This document shows positions 47,114-60,460 of a DNA stretch of 64,000 nt, one piece after another. Position numbers and translations under genes: made by a program. The stretch lies in contig NMRA01000034.1 of NCBI GenBank assembly GCA_002633005.1, positions 279,259-343,258 on the forward strand, in the 5' to 3' direction. The first letter of the stretch is position 1. Every line of letters begins with the position of its first letter. Source of the DNA: Phoronis australis. Lineage: Eukaryota > Animalia > Phoronida. The notes below the pieces were generated by a model that searched no databases, had not been told where the DNA came from, and saw nothing but the letters and a program-made list of their open reading frames with translations.

Positions 47114-50100
47114 AAAACGCCGTAATGAACTTCGTATTTCGTCCTTTTAGATCCTGTCAACAGGTGTGCGTTCTCCGATTTGAACTGAGACGAAACTTTT
47201 TTACATTTTCAAAAAGTTCCCTGTCGACTCACATGAATCGAAATCGTATCCCTTCTCCGTCCACATGAATACTCTAACAAAGCCATAAACACAGCGTTTC
47301 CTTAGAGTCTTTCACAGACAGGCAATCAAGGTGTATGTTTTCATCCACATGACCCCATATCATCCACACGAACACTAGAAGTGACGTCAGCGTTTTCGAA
47401 ACTCAGTTATGTCTTGCAACTGAGTCCACTCAAGTACAGCGAAACCACCGTTTAAAAGAATATCCTAGAGAGCGAGTTCATTTGCCTGTTCAGTGTACAG
47501 GCACCGTACAGTGCATGTCTAGATGGGAGGAATGTCTTAAATTGCGCTTTCAAAGAAAAAGGCACAGTTGTGGAGATGCGTGTCAGTATAGAACTTCGGC
47601 AGTGAACACCCAGGCAAAATAAGCAAACAAAACCCGACATTTTTCGCTAAGAGTGTTCATGATACAAGGACTCATCTTAATACAGCAGGCACCACTGGCA
47701 TTACTGGGACGTAATAACATTGATGCAAATTGCAAAAACAATTATTTACGGAGATACTTTATTGATATAGTCGCGAAAATTCTTCATGTGAATATGTGCA
47801 CAACAATGGCCACTCACACGAATAAGCATGTTTATTCTTTGATAATTACATTAACATTTGGGGTCATTTTGTACATCTGCAAATCAATGTAAGCAAACTT
47901 AAAAATTCTGCAAATGTGAAGCATGGTTTTATGTAGTGGTCGAGACAAGAAAGATACGCAATACCTAACGTAATACGCCAGAATGAAGCCGGAGTGAACC
48001 TCTGCATAAAGCTGGAAACGAAACTCAGATAGCACGGGGACAAGCGAACTCTTGTACACCGATAACAAGCCGGTACTGATAAAACAGTTATACAAATATC
48101 GGTTTAACCATTGGCTATAGTACATGGAGCGTCAACTCTATATATTCTCAATGGGCAAAATTTGTGATCGTACGCACAAGCTTAGACTATATACTCCCAG
48201 GCACAAGAAGTCACTATTCACTAGCGGCCGGTGCCTGGTGTGAGTCACGGTCTTCTCACTAACCAGAAAGTGGCGCCACTTCTGGTGAAACCCTACATAC
48301 TTACGCAGCACTGGAACACTGCGGCTGCGTTTCATAGAACCAAGAAAGACGCGAAAACGCACCACCACGCCGGCTGATAAGTCGCTTATGCAAAAATAAC
48401 CTATTTTTTGCATTCCGATTTACAAATTGCCTATGAATACAACTCCACTTGGTTAGCGCAGGATATGTAAAAATTAGAACAACAATTTAGGACAACAAGT
48501 GCCAACGTACAGCTCAGGTAACATCCATAGAGTGAAGTGAGAGATACATGAACTTTTTTATTTGTGCGGCGATCGTCCGGTTTTTGATCTTATTGTGGCC
48601 AAAAACTGATTTAATAAATCAAAACTAATCCAGACAAACAATCACTATTCACATGTGACAAGCACAGCCAATAGTGCTGCTCCACGTCAAATTTAGCAGA
48701 CGTAATCCAGTTATTTTTCCCCAAAAATTTAATTCGATAAAAGTTTGCATTCAGAAACGATTTGCCCTGCATTCTGAATTCCAACGATTTTGCCTGGACT
48801 TTTACAGAGAAATTTTATACACGAGTTACCACGATTTATTTACTCAATTAAGAGTTACAGTATAGTGTCAGTGGGAACAACAAAAATACGGGAATTGCGG
48901 CTGTCAACGAACCTTGGGGACACGACCGTTTGTGGAATTAATCCAGATAATTTTTTTCCTGAAATATTTCTGGGTTTTCAAATATAAGGAAAGCAGTTAC
49001 TGTTAGACAATCTGTAAAAGTCCGTAATCCGTATGCAGTGCAATCCTTGGGAATCTTTGTTTCGTTTGTGTTTTAGAGTGATGCGATTTTTGTGTTTTTA
49101 ATGGGGACAGGCATTACAAAATAATGGACTGACTGTAATTCACTGATAGCTTCACTGAGAGGATTCAACCCCACTAACTCCATTTACTCCCATTTGAAGT
49201 TTGTGATTAAGTTTGACCTAATTAGCACAGCGTTGATCTTTGTACATTCACTGTTGAGCGGCAAGCACTTGTCACTTTGTGACCTACATATATGGAATTT
49301 ATTCATAACATTCAGGTGTTTGACACTAATAAACTTATCATAAAAATAAATGTTATCATATTTTCTCATTTTCAGTCAGTTGAACTCGCAACCACGAAGT
49401 GCAATTACTCAGGATTTAAAGATGATTTCTATCAACATGATCACACGTCAATTTATGGCAAACAGTGCTCACTGCAGCCATATAAGAATAAAGCTTTACC
49501 AGAGACAAGAGTCACTGCATTTCAAACAATTCCTCATTCATGCTTCTTTCTCAGTGACCAAAAGAACAAGCAAAACTGGGTATCACTAAATTTATTTACT
49601 GCTCATCTGGTAATTTTCTTCACTGCAGTCGAGTAAAGTTTCAGCCGACAGCTATGAAACCCCCTGTGCCTAAGTCATAGGCATGCAGTCTACAGTAATA
49701 CATGTAGTCTTTTCTCCTCAAATTAATGAAAGCCCCTAAGAATACTTCAAAGCACGGTGATCAAGCCGATCCATTAAGCACCATAAAATTATACCCAGAC
49801 ATTCTGGGCAAAAGACACATACTTGCCTAGGGCTCTAGTTTATGCAAATTCCCTTTTAGTGGATACCAACAGCACTTCTGTGTGGTAGGATATTCAATGA
49901 TTCGCATAAAAATGTCCAACATCTCGAAATGTCCACGAATGAAAGAAATTATGTTTTGTCCCCTTCAACTTAGCCCACCTTGCACACTCAGAATTCGAAA
50001 ATCAATGCTCTTGCGCTATCACAACACTAAAGAGTCCATTATTTTTGCCATTTGGCATGTACAGTAAGGTTTAATTCAGAAATCTGGACTTTCCCTCCGA

Positions 50101-50271
50101 CTTCACTCTTGCTAAATAAAGATTTTGCTATGCAATTGTAAGCCCATCACACTTTAGCAATATTTAATACAAATTCTGTGTATAACCTCAGAGATGTTAT
50201 ACTTTACTGCACTTCATTAACCTGGTATTTCAGATTTTTCACAAAAACACAAAGCATAAAAGAAGACAGCA

Positions 50272-50553
50272 CTAAACAATACGTGGCAGCTTTTTGCCCA
50301 AATTTTGACCCACAGTTGGTCCATATTCATCTGCATCATACTTGCTCACGCTCTCGTCTGTCATATCGAATGTCACCTTATTGAAACAAGAATCTGGCAG
50401 AGTGAATGTCGTCAGCACTTGTTCTTTGTCGAGACTTGTAAGTCGTTGTCTCCACTGCTCCAGGTTTTGAACACACAGGTCATTGTTTCCGGGAAAAACG
50501 CCATAGCTAAGTTGAGGCTTGAGAAACGATACACCGAAGAAGTGCATCGGTTT
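50272..50553 (-). CDS. NQO1: NAD(P)H:quinone oxidoreductase (NQO1-like), last exon
   Basis: cag|KPMHFFGVSFLKPQLSY...QNLEQWRQRL...YGPTVGQNLGKKLPRIV*; includes the NQO1-type C-terminal extension (compare FGLSVGHHLGKSIP) that NQO2 lacks. The symbol is family-level; orthology is untested. Confidence 0.88.
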   Translation of the reverse strand, partial: KPMHFFGVSFLKPQLSYGVFPGNNDLCVQNLEQWRQRLTSLDKEQVLTTFTLPDSCFNKVTFDMTDESVSKYDADEYGPTVGQNLGKKLPRIV

Positions 50554-50981
50554 CTGCAAATACAAGGTAAACACAGTGGTCTTAAAATAAACCCCGAGGC
50601 ACTGATCACAGAGGGCATAGTATCAAGAAGAAGGGTGCATAAAACCAACCAAAAGGAGGCTAAATGTATGCAAGTTACAGCTGATACACACCAGTACAAA
50701 GTGGCAAAGATGCAGAAAATATCACCATGTAGTCTCACATCCAGTCTCTATTAGCATTAGTCTCGTAAACATATCTGACACATGTGGAGAATTTTTTGCT
50801 TACACTGGTCACCACTCAAGAGTCCCTAAGCCCCAGACAACTTTTAGGTTCCCTATTCATCACGTTCTTTGTATTGATGCAGATCTGAGCTAATGAAGTG
50901 GAAAGGTAATAACTAGTACTACTTTCTTAACAATAGTGGTCCTTATTACACCCAAATTGTTTTTCTCTGGCACTTGCACAG

Positions 50982-52741
50982 AGTTAATGGAGAGCAGTTT
51001 TAACTTAGCACATTTTAAATATTACAAAAGTATAATTTGGGTTGATCTTGACAAAGGGCCATTTCCCAAAAAAAAACGTTGGTTACAAACATGTTTCATA
51101 CCTGTTTTCATTACTTTATTTAAATACTAATGTCTACTTGCTTTTTTCTTACCGGTTAGGGTTGCTATATTTTTATTGTGTTTAACTGAACAACTTAGAA
51201 GTCAGTTAATTGTGAACCCATCCCTGAATTTTCCAGTTTAGAGCTACACCAAACATGTCACAACAAAAAAACTCCAAGTGCCATTAGTTCAAGTTCAATC
51301 TTTATTAGAACTCTAATCATAAAATATATACAAATGTGCAAATATGACGATAGCCAAACTGAAGATATGGAACCTCTGGACAATTTTGGTTGCAGTAACT
51401 ACTTAACTATTCTAGCTTTTCCTCAGTCATAAAAAATGAAATCACAGCACTTTCCCACGGACCAACCTCACATTTCTGCAAATATCGGTTTTCCAGTTAG
51501 TGAAATACTCCTGGAGTAAAGTAGTTCGGCATGTACTGGGCCATAAGCGATGTTTTAAAAATTATTGTTATCTAATTTAGTCACTGTGTGTTGTTCATAG
51601 ATGTTTCGATGTAGCTTAGTTGTATATTAAAAGAATAATCCACGTGATATTGTAAACTCTGATCAGTGGTTGCAAATCACTGAGTATATCAATACGCACA
51701 GTCGTTAATCCTCAATCGAACCCCATGTTTGTAGTTTTTAGCATAAAAGTTCGATTTTTAAAAATCGCAAACCAAACTTGGTTGTTTTTTTATCTGAATG
51801 CAGCTGTGGTATTTGTTTTTAACAAAAACTGTTGGTTAATGCATTTTAAAAATTTGCCAGTATGTACAGGCAGAGGTGTTTACTATTAGTTTATGGTCGG
51901 GTAAACAATTACACTTAATTGAGTCTTGCTCGCACCGGTCAATGCAGTCATCACAACTCAGAGTCCGACTCTGGCGCCGCGCTCTCTTTGATCCCGATGG
52001 ACGAGCGGTGNAGTTAATGGAGAGCAGTTTTAACTTAGACATATAAATCATAAAATATATACAAATGTGCAAATATGACGATAGCCAAACTGAAGATATG
52101 GAACCTCTGGACAATTTTGGTTGCAGTAACTACTTAACTATTCTAGCTTTTCCTCAGTCATAAAAAATGAAATCACAGCACTTGCCCACCGACCAACCTC
52201 ACATTTCTGCAAATATCAGTTTTCCAGTCAGTGAAATACTCCTGGAGTAAATTAGTTCGGCATGTACTGGGCCATAAGCGATGTTTTAAAAATTATTGTT
52301 ATCTAATTTAGTCACTGTGTGTTGTTCATAGATGTTTCAATGTAGCTTAGTTGTATATTAAAAGAATAATCCACGTGATATTGTAAACTCTGATCAGTGG
52401 TTGCAAATCACTGAGTATATCAATACGCACAGTCGTTAATCCTCAATCGAACCCCATGTTTGTAGTTTTTAGCATAAAAGTTCGATTTTTAAAAATCGCA
52501 AACCAAACTTGGTTGTTTTTTTATCTGAATGCAGCTGTGGTATTTGTTTTTAACAAAAACTGTTGGTTAATGCATTTTAAAAATTTGCCAGTATGTACAG
52601 GCAGAGGTGTTTACTATTAGTTTATGGTCGGGTAAACAATTACACTTAATTGAGTCTTGCTCGCACCGGTCAATGCAGTCATCACAACTCAGAGTCCGAC
52701 TCTGGCGCCGCGCTCTCTTTGATCCCGATGGACGAGCGGTG
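50982..52741. other. Tandem duplication centred on a single-N gap (probable uncollapsed haplotypes)
   Basis: 50982-52010 recurs at 52012-52741 minus about 300 bp; N at 52011. Confidence 0.85.
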
Positions 52742-53048
52742 AAAAGTCGCACATATTTTTAGAAATGCGTGACTTTCGTGTAAGCATATTATTCACGGCA
52801 TGACCTAGTTGTTGATTGGTCAATCAAAGATGAGGTCAACCGGTGTATACATACAAATCAGCTGACAATAAATAGCAGAGCATGTTTCATAACCTTAACT
52901 GGTATTAGTTGAGTCATACTCCAGATTATAAACACAGGCTGTGATCGCCATGCTCATGTCACTAAAGCAGAAGCTAAATTTGCTTTACAAACAACTAGGA
53001 CTCTTGAAATAAAGATTGTTACCTATTGGCGTTCTGGTTATATTTGAG

Positions 53049-53088
53049 TACCTAGCTTTTGGGCCCATCTTGAGCCATTCGTCAGGTA
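53049..53088 (-). ncRNA. Minimal type I hammerhead ribozyme motif of the Penelope terminal repeat, probably inactivated
   Basis: TAC-CTGACGA-AT-GGCTCA-AGA-TGGGCC-C-AAAA-GC-TA-GGTA; GAAA reads AAAA here, while the inverted copy at 54342-54360 keeps CCGAAA. Confidence 0.62.
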
Positions 53089-53329
53089 TGTGGCAGGGAT
53101 TTCGGTTTCACATGGCCACCTGTGGGTGGTGCTGGCAGTCATCAGACGCTTCCTGGTGGCTGCCACTTGAGAGGAGGCGGTGGTAAATTACAGGTAATTC
53201 GTAACCACAGTCTATGTTCAATTCTGGATGGTTACTTATGACTTCGAATGATTCCTGGATCTTGCAGTTCCAGTAGCTATTCTCTCCAGGTAATATTTAA
53301 ACTGTGGGTTTACAGATACTGCGTGAGGC

Positions 53330-53422
53330 ATCCATACAATGTTCTCATGCAGCTGCAGGGATCCATACAGTGTTCTCATGCAGCTGCAGGGATCCATACA
53401 GTGTTCTCATGCAGCTGCAGGG
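53330..53422. repeat. 31-bp minisatellite, three copies, inside the Penelope endonuclease region
   Basis: ATCCATACAGTGTTCTCATGCAGCTGCAGGG at 53330, 53361 and 53392. Confidence 0.92.
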
Positions 53423-55982
53423 TTGTCACATGATATATCAAAATGTTCTTTTAGTCTGGTTCCTAACATCCGAGCGGTCTCACCAACATATTTCACTGGA
53501 CAATATGGACACTCGATCATATAATATTTCATCACGCACTTCTTGTTGTCTCTCGAGTGGACCAACACACTCCGTAGAGTGTTGAACAGTTTGTGTTACG
53601 AGCCCACCTGGAGTTCTCTAAAAACGTTAGACATTCTGTTTTTCCAAAGACAGTGAATGGATGGAAGAGCTATGTGACCTCAAAACGCGTCAACCTCCTT
53701 CAACACATTAGGTCTGGGATGGAACATCCAGTTGGAGTGTAGTCAATATCACATGACACATCTTTCATTCAAGTGTTTCTGATGTTTCTCATTTTCTTCA
53801 GTTACTCACTGTTTAGGTCTTTTCAAAAGTGTATGCATGACTGATCTTTTGTGTCGGAGATGATGCCTGGAGCGAAAAATTACATGTCCGCGTGGGTTGG
53901 TTTCCGGTAGATGCCGTCCTCCTTGATATGTATGCATCAAGAAATGGGAGCTTGTCCGTCTGATGCGTGCTTGGTGACAAAACCTGAGGTGGGGGTCCAC
54001 ACAGTTGATGTAATCTAAAAATTCACTAACATAGTACTCCTGAATCTTGACAAAGGTGTCGTCTATGAAGCGGTACCACAGTAATGGGGAATGACCCGCT
54101 GTAGCGATGGCTATAGTTTCAAAACTTTCCAAAGATTAACGACAATGGAGCTAATGGGCGAAGCCATAGCAACACCATGTTATTGTTTGTAGAAATCACC
54201 CCTGTATAGGAAAAACGCAGCATTCAGACAAAATTCCAAGAGTTCAAGCATTTGTCCCTTATTCAACTTAGTTCCATGCTTCCATGACTGGTTGTGGTCC
54301 AACTTCTTGTCAATAACCAAAATAACACCACAAACCGCCAGGACGGGCCCGAAAACTAGGATCTCATCTCACATATAACCAGTAATACGCAATGGCACCA
54401 GCTATGAACATTCATTCCTCTAAAACTATTCTATTTTCGTATCTCTAAAAGGAACAGCATGCAACTGAAATCTTCATCAAATAAATAATTATTTATCTCA
54501 AATAATATAGAAAGTGAGAGAAATATGAGTCATGAAAATCTGACCAAATGGCTTTTACTTTCGAGATGTTCACCAAACTCTAATGCTAGTGGAGGCTGGA
54601 TGCGTGACTAATTAACAGTAATATATAATATATGCACAACCACGGAAGGTTAGAATTATATTATATCTGTTCAGCGGGCATTTGTTCAGTCTCACATGAA
54701 TATCTGCAAGTCAGAACTGTTCATCGACTTAGGAACTAGAAAAAATAAAAATAAAAAAGAACTTGCACGCTAATTCCTCATCTCTGTGATTGCTTGGTCA
54801 AATTAGTTAGAAACACAACATATAGCGAATATGTGAATAAATTATGAAGTAAGTTGCAAATTGCCAAATGTTTTTAAAAACATATTTTTTTTTGTCGTAA
54901 ATCACTCTACCGTGTCCAGTAAATATTGTGACGTGGTGTTGGGGGAATAACACTGCAAGAAGCGGGCTACGTGAGCCCCCAAGGCACGTCATTAGTGCAA
55001 AGGTCAGCTATTTACAGAATTTTTTGATTTCACATTTTACAAATTGTGATAATGATTGAATACAACTGCAGTTTGTTTAGCGTAAATGATGTTCAAATAG
55101 CAGTGTCAGTATGTTCCAGTTGTACATTAGCATGGTTAGGAGCATGCAAATACATCTTTAATGGAAATTCACAAATGCAACAGTAAATAGAATTCTCATA
55201 TTACTATTATGACATTCACTCGTTGAATGTTCCAAGAAGATCACCGTACCCATTGTGTATGTTGGTTTAACTTAGTTTTATGGAGTTGGTTTCACCAAAA
55301 AACAAAGTTAACATTGTGCTCCGTACACGTTGTAATGAAGTATTTGTTTAGATATTTGGAGAAAGAAAAAACGCAGCTAATTTTAAGCAGGTGTTAAAAA
55401 TATTCAATAACCAAAAATATATTAGCAAACTTGTAGTGTAAATTGACTTCCAGAAATTAGTAAGCAGTAGAGTGACACCATTTATCAGACTGATTTTTGC
55501 TTAATCTTGCAATGTGCTACATTGCTTGGATATCTGTTTGTTAGACAATGTTCTGTATGATAAATACAGAGTAGGAAATAAAAATCACGTAAGCTAATTA
55601 TGGGTAATAGCCAAAAGTGGACAGAACTCTGCCAAAAACTGGAATAAACATTTTGCCGGAATCATTTGGTACCGAATATTTGTCAGAGTTTAATGTGACG
55701 ACTTATTGTGCCTAAACGGTAATTGTCTATTGATATAATGGACATGAGGAGTATGTTGTCACAATTTCAACAAGGCGAATAGAGCAACATTTGTCGTCAT
55801 TTTATCAAGAGTTGGCTAGAATTGAAATAGAATCCAGTCAAAAGATAAACAGATATGCAGCTGCAGTTTTGTGTGCAGAAAGTTTGCCGAATTTTAACGT
55901 GATCCTGTTTATTTTCAAAACTTCATTTACTATTTTTTAGTTTCAAAGCTTGACAACAGACCTTCGTACACATTTAACTTAC

Positions 55983-56084
55983 CATCATGCCATACAGAAA
56001 AATATTGATGTCACCAAACATGCCTTTAGCGGTATATGCACTCGCTGGACCTCCAAATGTCATTGAGAGCAGAATCTGTTTTCC
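55983..56084 (-). CDS. NQO1: NQO1-like, coding exon 4
   Basis: cag|GKQILLSMTFGGPASAYTAKGMFGDINIFLYGMM|gtaagt; 102 nt, phase 0 to 0; corresponds to LSxTTGG...Y...GxHGD. Confidence 0.9.
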
Positions 56085-56659
56085 CTGAAAGGATTTTTAA
56101 ATCCATGCTTAACAAGCAGCTTATAAACCACCTACAAAATAAACAGGCCAGTATATAGACAATCAATAAACCAAAAGGATTGATCAGTGTTAATTTTCCT
56201 TGCTCGATGTTTTCTTACTTTATTTGTAGAGTTTTCGAATTCTTTTTCTTTTCTGTGTTGCAGTGCAATTCAACACAAACATTTCCTTGAAGCTACTGTG
56301 CTACCTCTGTTAAAAATCTGTCTTAATTTATAAAACAACACTATTATAAAAGAGGTGCCTTGCTCAGATTAGAAGCAATTTGTGAGCTTGTGAAGCACCA
56401 ACAGTTCATTGTTTTTTCTTGTCAAGCTCATTAAGTTGGTATGCAGATTTTAAGCTGGAAACATTGTGGCTAACAATAAGGCTGGTTCCTTGAATAGACG
56501 GTAGTCGGATAATTTCATTTACAATATTCAACACTGCTGTAGCATAATCCAAGATTCCTTGGTGTAAGACATTGGCCTGACTGAATACTGTGCTGAAAGA
56601 ATGAACAAAAATAAAGTTATTCTTCCAACAGTATTCCGTAATTGCGTGACAGTACTGAC

Positions 56660-56773
56660 CTTAAGTAGACCTTCATCAAAAAAGGCAGTTTCTGTTTGGG
56701 CAAAATTGGGTGACAGAACTTTGGCATTCCAAGCTGCAACGACTGCAGGGAAACTGAGACTATGTATCGGGTA
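56660..56773 (-). CDS. NQO1: NQO1-like, coding exon 3
   Basis: tag|YPIHSLSFPAVVAAWNAKVLSPNFAQTETAFFDEGLLK|gtcagt; 114 nt, phase 0 to 0; gap-free match to FPLxWFxxPAILKGWxxRV...FA...YDxG. Confidence 0.88.
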
Positions 56774-57587
56774 CTAGAGAAAAAAAGAAATTGACAATGA
56801 GAAAAAAACACATGACAGTTTAACAACCACACACTGATATTTACAACTGGAAACTGAAGTGAACGACATTGGACAGTGATCCATATTTTTGGCTGAAAAA
56901 AGACATGCTCAGAAGCGTATGGTAAAATTGTATCAATTTTGGAAAACACAATTGCCAAATTACAACCTTTTTATTTTTCATTGTTGTGAATGCCCACACT
57001 TGTAAACTAGAACTGATGGTAGCTGCAGTATAAAATACAAACATGGAAGTGCATACAATTAATAGGTACTACATATGTTCCATGGAAAAGTGATTATGAA
57101 AATAAAATTTCACTTATTGGCAACATTGGGTCCTAAATTGGAGATGATTCACCACAATGTGTAACTGAAGTTGGGAACTGAGAATTAACAGACAAAAAGA
57201 TTACGACGCAAAAACATGACAGGCAATTTGCACCGTGTTTGGATTTTTGTACAGGGAAACCCTGCTGTTTCACCTTGATTAGTGTGCAACTCATTTTGAC
57301 AGCAAAAAAATAAGTACAACCATGTAACATTACTTAAATTATAGCAAAGTTAAAAAACTAGACTTACAGGCAAAAGCAGCACAAGGTTTCCAAATGTGGC
57401 TTAGAACTTTTCAAACATGATCAGAGCCCTCATTTACCTTAGGGGAAAGGTGGATATGGCTTCAGATAGGGCACTTTTTCCGACGGGAAATTCTAATTCT
57501 CTGACGCCCACTAAAGAAACTTTCATCATCGAAGCAGAATTTTTGTTCGAGTGAGAGGAAGTTCTCACGAATGGAGCCGATATCCAG

Positions 57588-59748
57588 CAGAGCTCAACGT
57601 TATTAAAATCGCCAGGTCGCATTTTGCGACCTAGCCAAAATCCCAGGTCGCATTTTCAAAATCCAGCTGGCATTCATAAATGCCAGGTCTCAAAAATTTT
57701 CCAGCCATTTTTACGCGCCAAAATTGGATTTTTTAGATCAACGAGAAAATGTTTACATTTTGCTCTTACCTGGGGCTTTAAATACTGTCAAATTTCAGGT
57801 TGCAAAATTGAGTTCTTACATACAGTGATACTGTTCTTTACAACTGCCATTGAAAAGCTCTAGAGCGCAAGACTAGTTGCCAACATGAAAGTTGAATCAG
57901 TGCTCTCTTACCGACACGTGCATTCGAATAGCTAAGTTTGCAATTTTGTTCGCAGCCCAAACTTTGCAACTCGACGTTTGAAAACCATCCTCTCGAAAAA
58001 GAATCCGTGAAACGTTGTCCTAACCGAGTGACGTATTCGGATGGGCAGGAACAGTTCAGTACAAATTTCACAAAAATGTGGTATTTGTATTGTTTACATA
58101 CTCAACAATTTTTCATGAAATGAGAAGCCTCGAAATAATTCCCAACTCCATGCGGGTTTCCATCGGGTAATTCAAGTTTGCTTCCCAGTTCTTTCCATAT
58201 ACGGGAAAAACAGGTCAGTCACAAAACGACACGCATGTCACTAGTGTTAAATTTCTTTTGGAGGTATAAAACAAAGCCGGGGTTTGGTTTAACACATTGA
58301 GAAAATGTGTTTTTGAAAACTGAATTTGTTGTAAAATGGGAGTGACTCACTGTATAGGCTGCATGCCAATTTCAAACCACGCACGGTCGTTTGTGGTAGG
58401 CTATGACGGGTGCTAGCCTGAACTGTGGGTGCTAGTAAAGCAGTGAGTACTTATTACGAAACCCTTCAAAGGTGGGAGTAGGCACATACGTGAGCATAGT
58501 CGTTAACCCGAGAGCGGTAATAAGATATTGAAAGACTGCAATAATAAGAGGTGTTATTATGATACGATTTTGCGAGGCAAACTTTCTGGCTATCGTTACC
58601 ACCTACAATAATTTTGTTTTTAATGGCCACTTCAGCAGAAACAAGATTCTTTCTATTGGAGTCTGAAAATTAATTTACTGCGTGGTCCAGGGAGCGAAAA
58701 ATTGGCAGGGAGTGCATGAAGAGAAGAATGAAAAGTTCACTAACCACATTATTTCGCTTTTCCCTATTTAGTTGCCGAATAGCTGGCTATGGGCATAGAA
58801 CATCGGACCTAGTGAACATCGACTTGCGGAACATCGGAACACGAAAATATCAGTTCTGGGATACATCGGTCCCGGAGATTATCGTTATGCATCGGGTATT
58901 TTATAACCGCCGGGTACTTAACAGAACCAAGCCGGTTTACACTTTCATTTAGAACTGTTGCTGTTCTCTTTTGATGTGCAGCGAAGTGGTGCGCACGCTT
59001 GAATTCATGTACCTGAATCACAGGCATAGTCCTGCAATTTACGTTGGCAACAACATGCGACAGACGACTGATACATGCATGTCGTAAAGATGTGGCTGTC
59101 CTTTGACGATTAATAGGGTAGTCACTTTCACATTTGCAGTCTTTTGCGATAAAAAAACGAGACCCTGAGACGCACATATCCAAGTAACGATCGTCTGCCA
59201 CGGGTCCGCTTGCGTGCTAACAACAGGACTGACCAGTGTCGCAGTGATATCAGGGATATTGTCGTGGATATTTGATGATAAGGGCATCTTACGTGACAGA
59301 TAAATATGTTTTTCCACCACAGAATTTGGCAAGTTAATCATTGAAGAGTTAGTAGAAACACCACTGTTATGTGACGTTTTATCACGTGTTATGCTGTGGT
59401 GCGAAACTTTCTTCGGCGCATCCGGAAATTTGCATAAGTAGCCAAAAATATTAGCCAATGAAACGCATCACAGATCGATTCTGCATTATCCCATGTTCAC
59501 GCGACATGTTGACAAGTCATCGGGAGGGCTATTTTCGGAAATCTGAGCTTGATTTGGCAACAACCCAATAACGGTCGGATTCAAACAAGTTGCTTTATAT
59601 TTGACAGGCTTCTGTGAAAACTCAGCTGGCAAACGATGGAAATTCCACATCGCATTTTGCGACTTGATATGAGCTGGCAAAAATATTAATTCGCATTTCC
59701 AAAATTGAGGTCGCAAATGCAACCTGCATCTCGTTATGTCGAACCCTG
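57588..59748. mobile_element. Non-autonomous hAT-like element with 5-bp TSD (hAT5-like) in an NQO intron
   Basis: CAGAGCTCAACGT versus reverse complement CAGGGTTCGACAT; subterminal GGTCGCA(T)TTTGCGACC-like motifs at both ends; TCCAG on both flanks (57583-57587, 59749-59753). Confidence 0.68.
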
Positions 59749-59844
59749 TCCAGTCCCAAAATCGAGGCAATGAGGGGCCATTATGGAGTGGCGCCATGTT
59801 TGAATAAATGTGAGAAAAACATTGAGCTTTAACCCAAAATCTAC

Positions 59845-59975
59845 CTGGTATATAATGGTATCTGCCCATGTCACCTTCTCCTGCTCTTGCTTGATCTCAT
59901 CACTAACCATACCATTAGTATTGGCAATTGACATCTCATGGCTCCAGTTGTAATTTTCTGGTCTACTCAAATCAC
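59845..59975 (-). CDS. NQO1: NQO1-like, coding exon 2
   Basis: tag|(G)DLSRPENYNWSHEMSIANTNGMVSDEIKQEQEKVTWADTIIYQ|gtagat; 131 nt, phase 1 to 0; EQxKVxxADxxIxQ motif. Confidence 0.92.
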
Positions 59976-60460
59976 CTACAGGTCCCAAGTAACAGTACAT
60001 AACTCTTCAGTGTTAATGAGAGCCTGAAACTGACCACTTGACCAGTACACCTAGATTCAAACTCCATTTTGTGTAATTTCTTTTGCCACTTGAATATTTA
60101 GCAATGCTTGGATTGTAATATTAGTCATTTACCCATCTCATCACACAATGGTGGTAACCATTTGGCATGTGATTTCAGAGTTCTTGCGCAATATCCAAAG
60201 CACAATACTCTGGTAAAATGACCCATAATTCTCCATAATGACAGCTGAATGCAAGCGGGTCATCATGGGGAAACAAACTGAATAGAAGTCAAACTCAGAA
60301 ATTAGCAACTTCTGATATATGCAAAATCACAGTGGACTTAGTTGCTTTATGGTCCTGGTTAAATCTTATATCATACCACTGAACAATAATGACAAAACGT
60401 GTGCTTCAGTCGCAGACTGGTTTGTTTACCTTTAACTGTTATAAAGGATTGGAATCTCAC

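Larger units (their letters stand above)
53000..54390 (-). mobile_element. Decayed, 5'-truncated Penelope-like retroelement (RT plus GIY-YIG endonuclease)
   Basis: LELLEFCL...FYKQ*HGVAMASPIS, WYRFIDDTFV, YMIECPYCPVKYVGETARMLGTRLKEH and MNIDCGYELPVIYHRLL; terminal-repeat sequence at about 53000-53090; inverted partial copy of it at 54342-54382. Confidence 0.9.

Noticed and set aside
50305-50754. 149-aa plus-strand and 108-aa minus-strand ORFs
   Set aside because: They are antisense or alternative-frame shadows of the NQO last exon.
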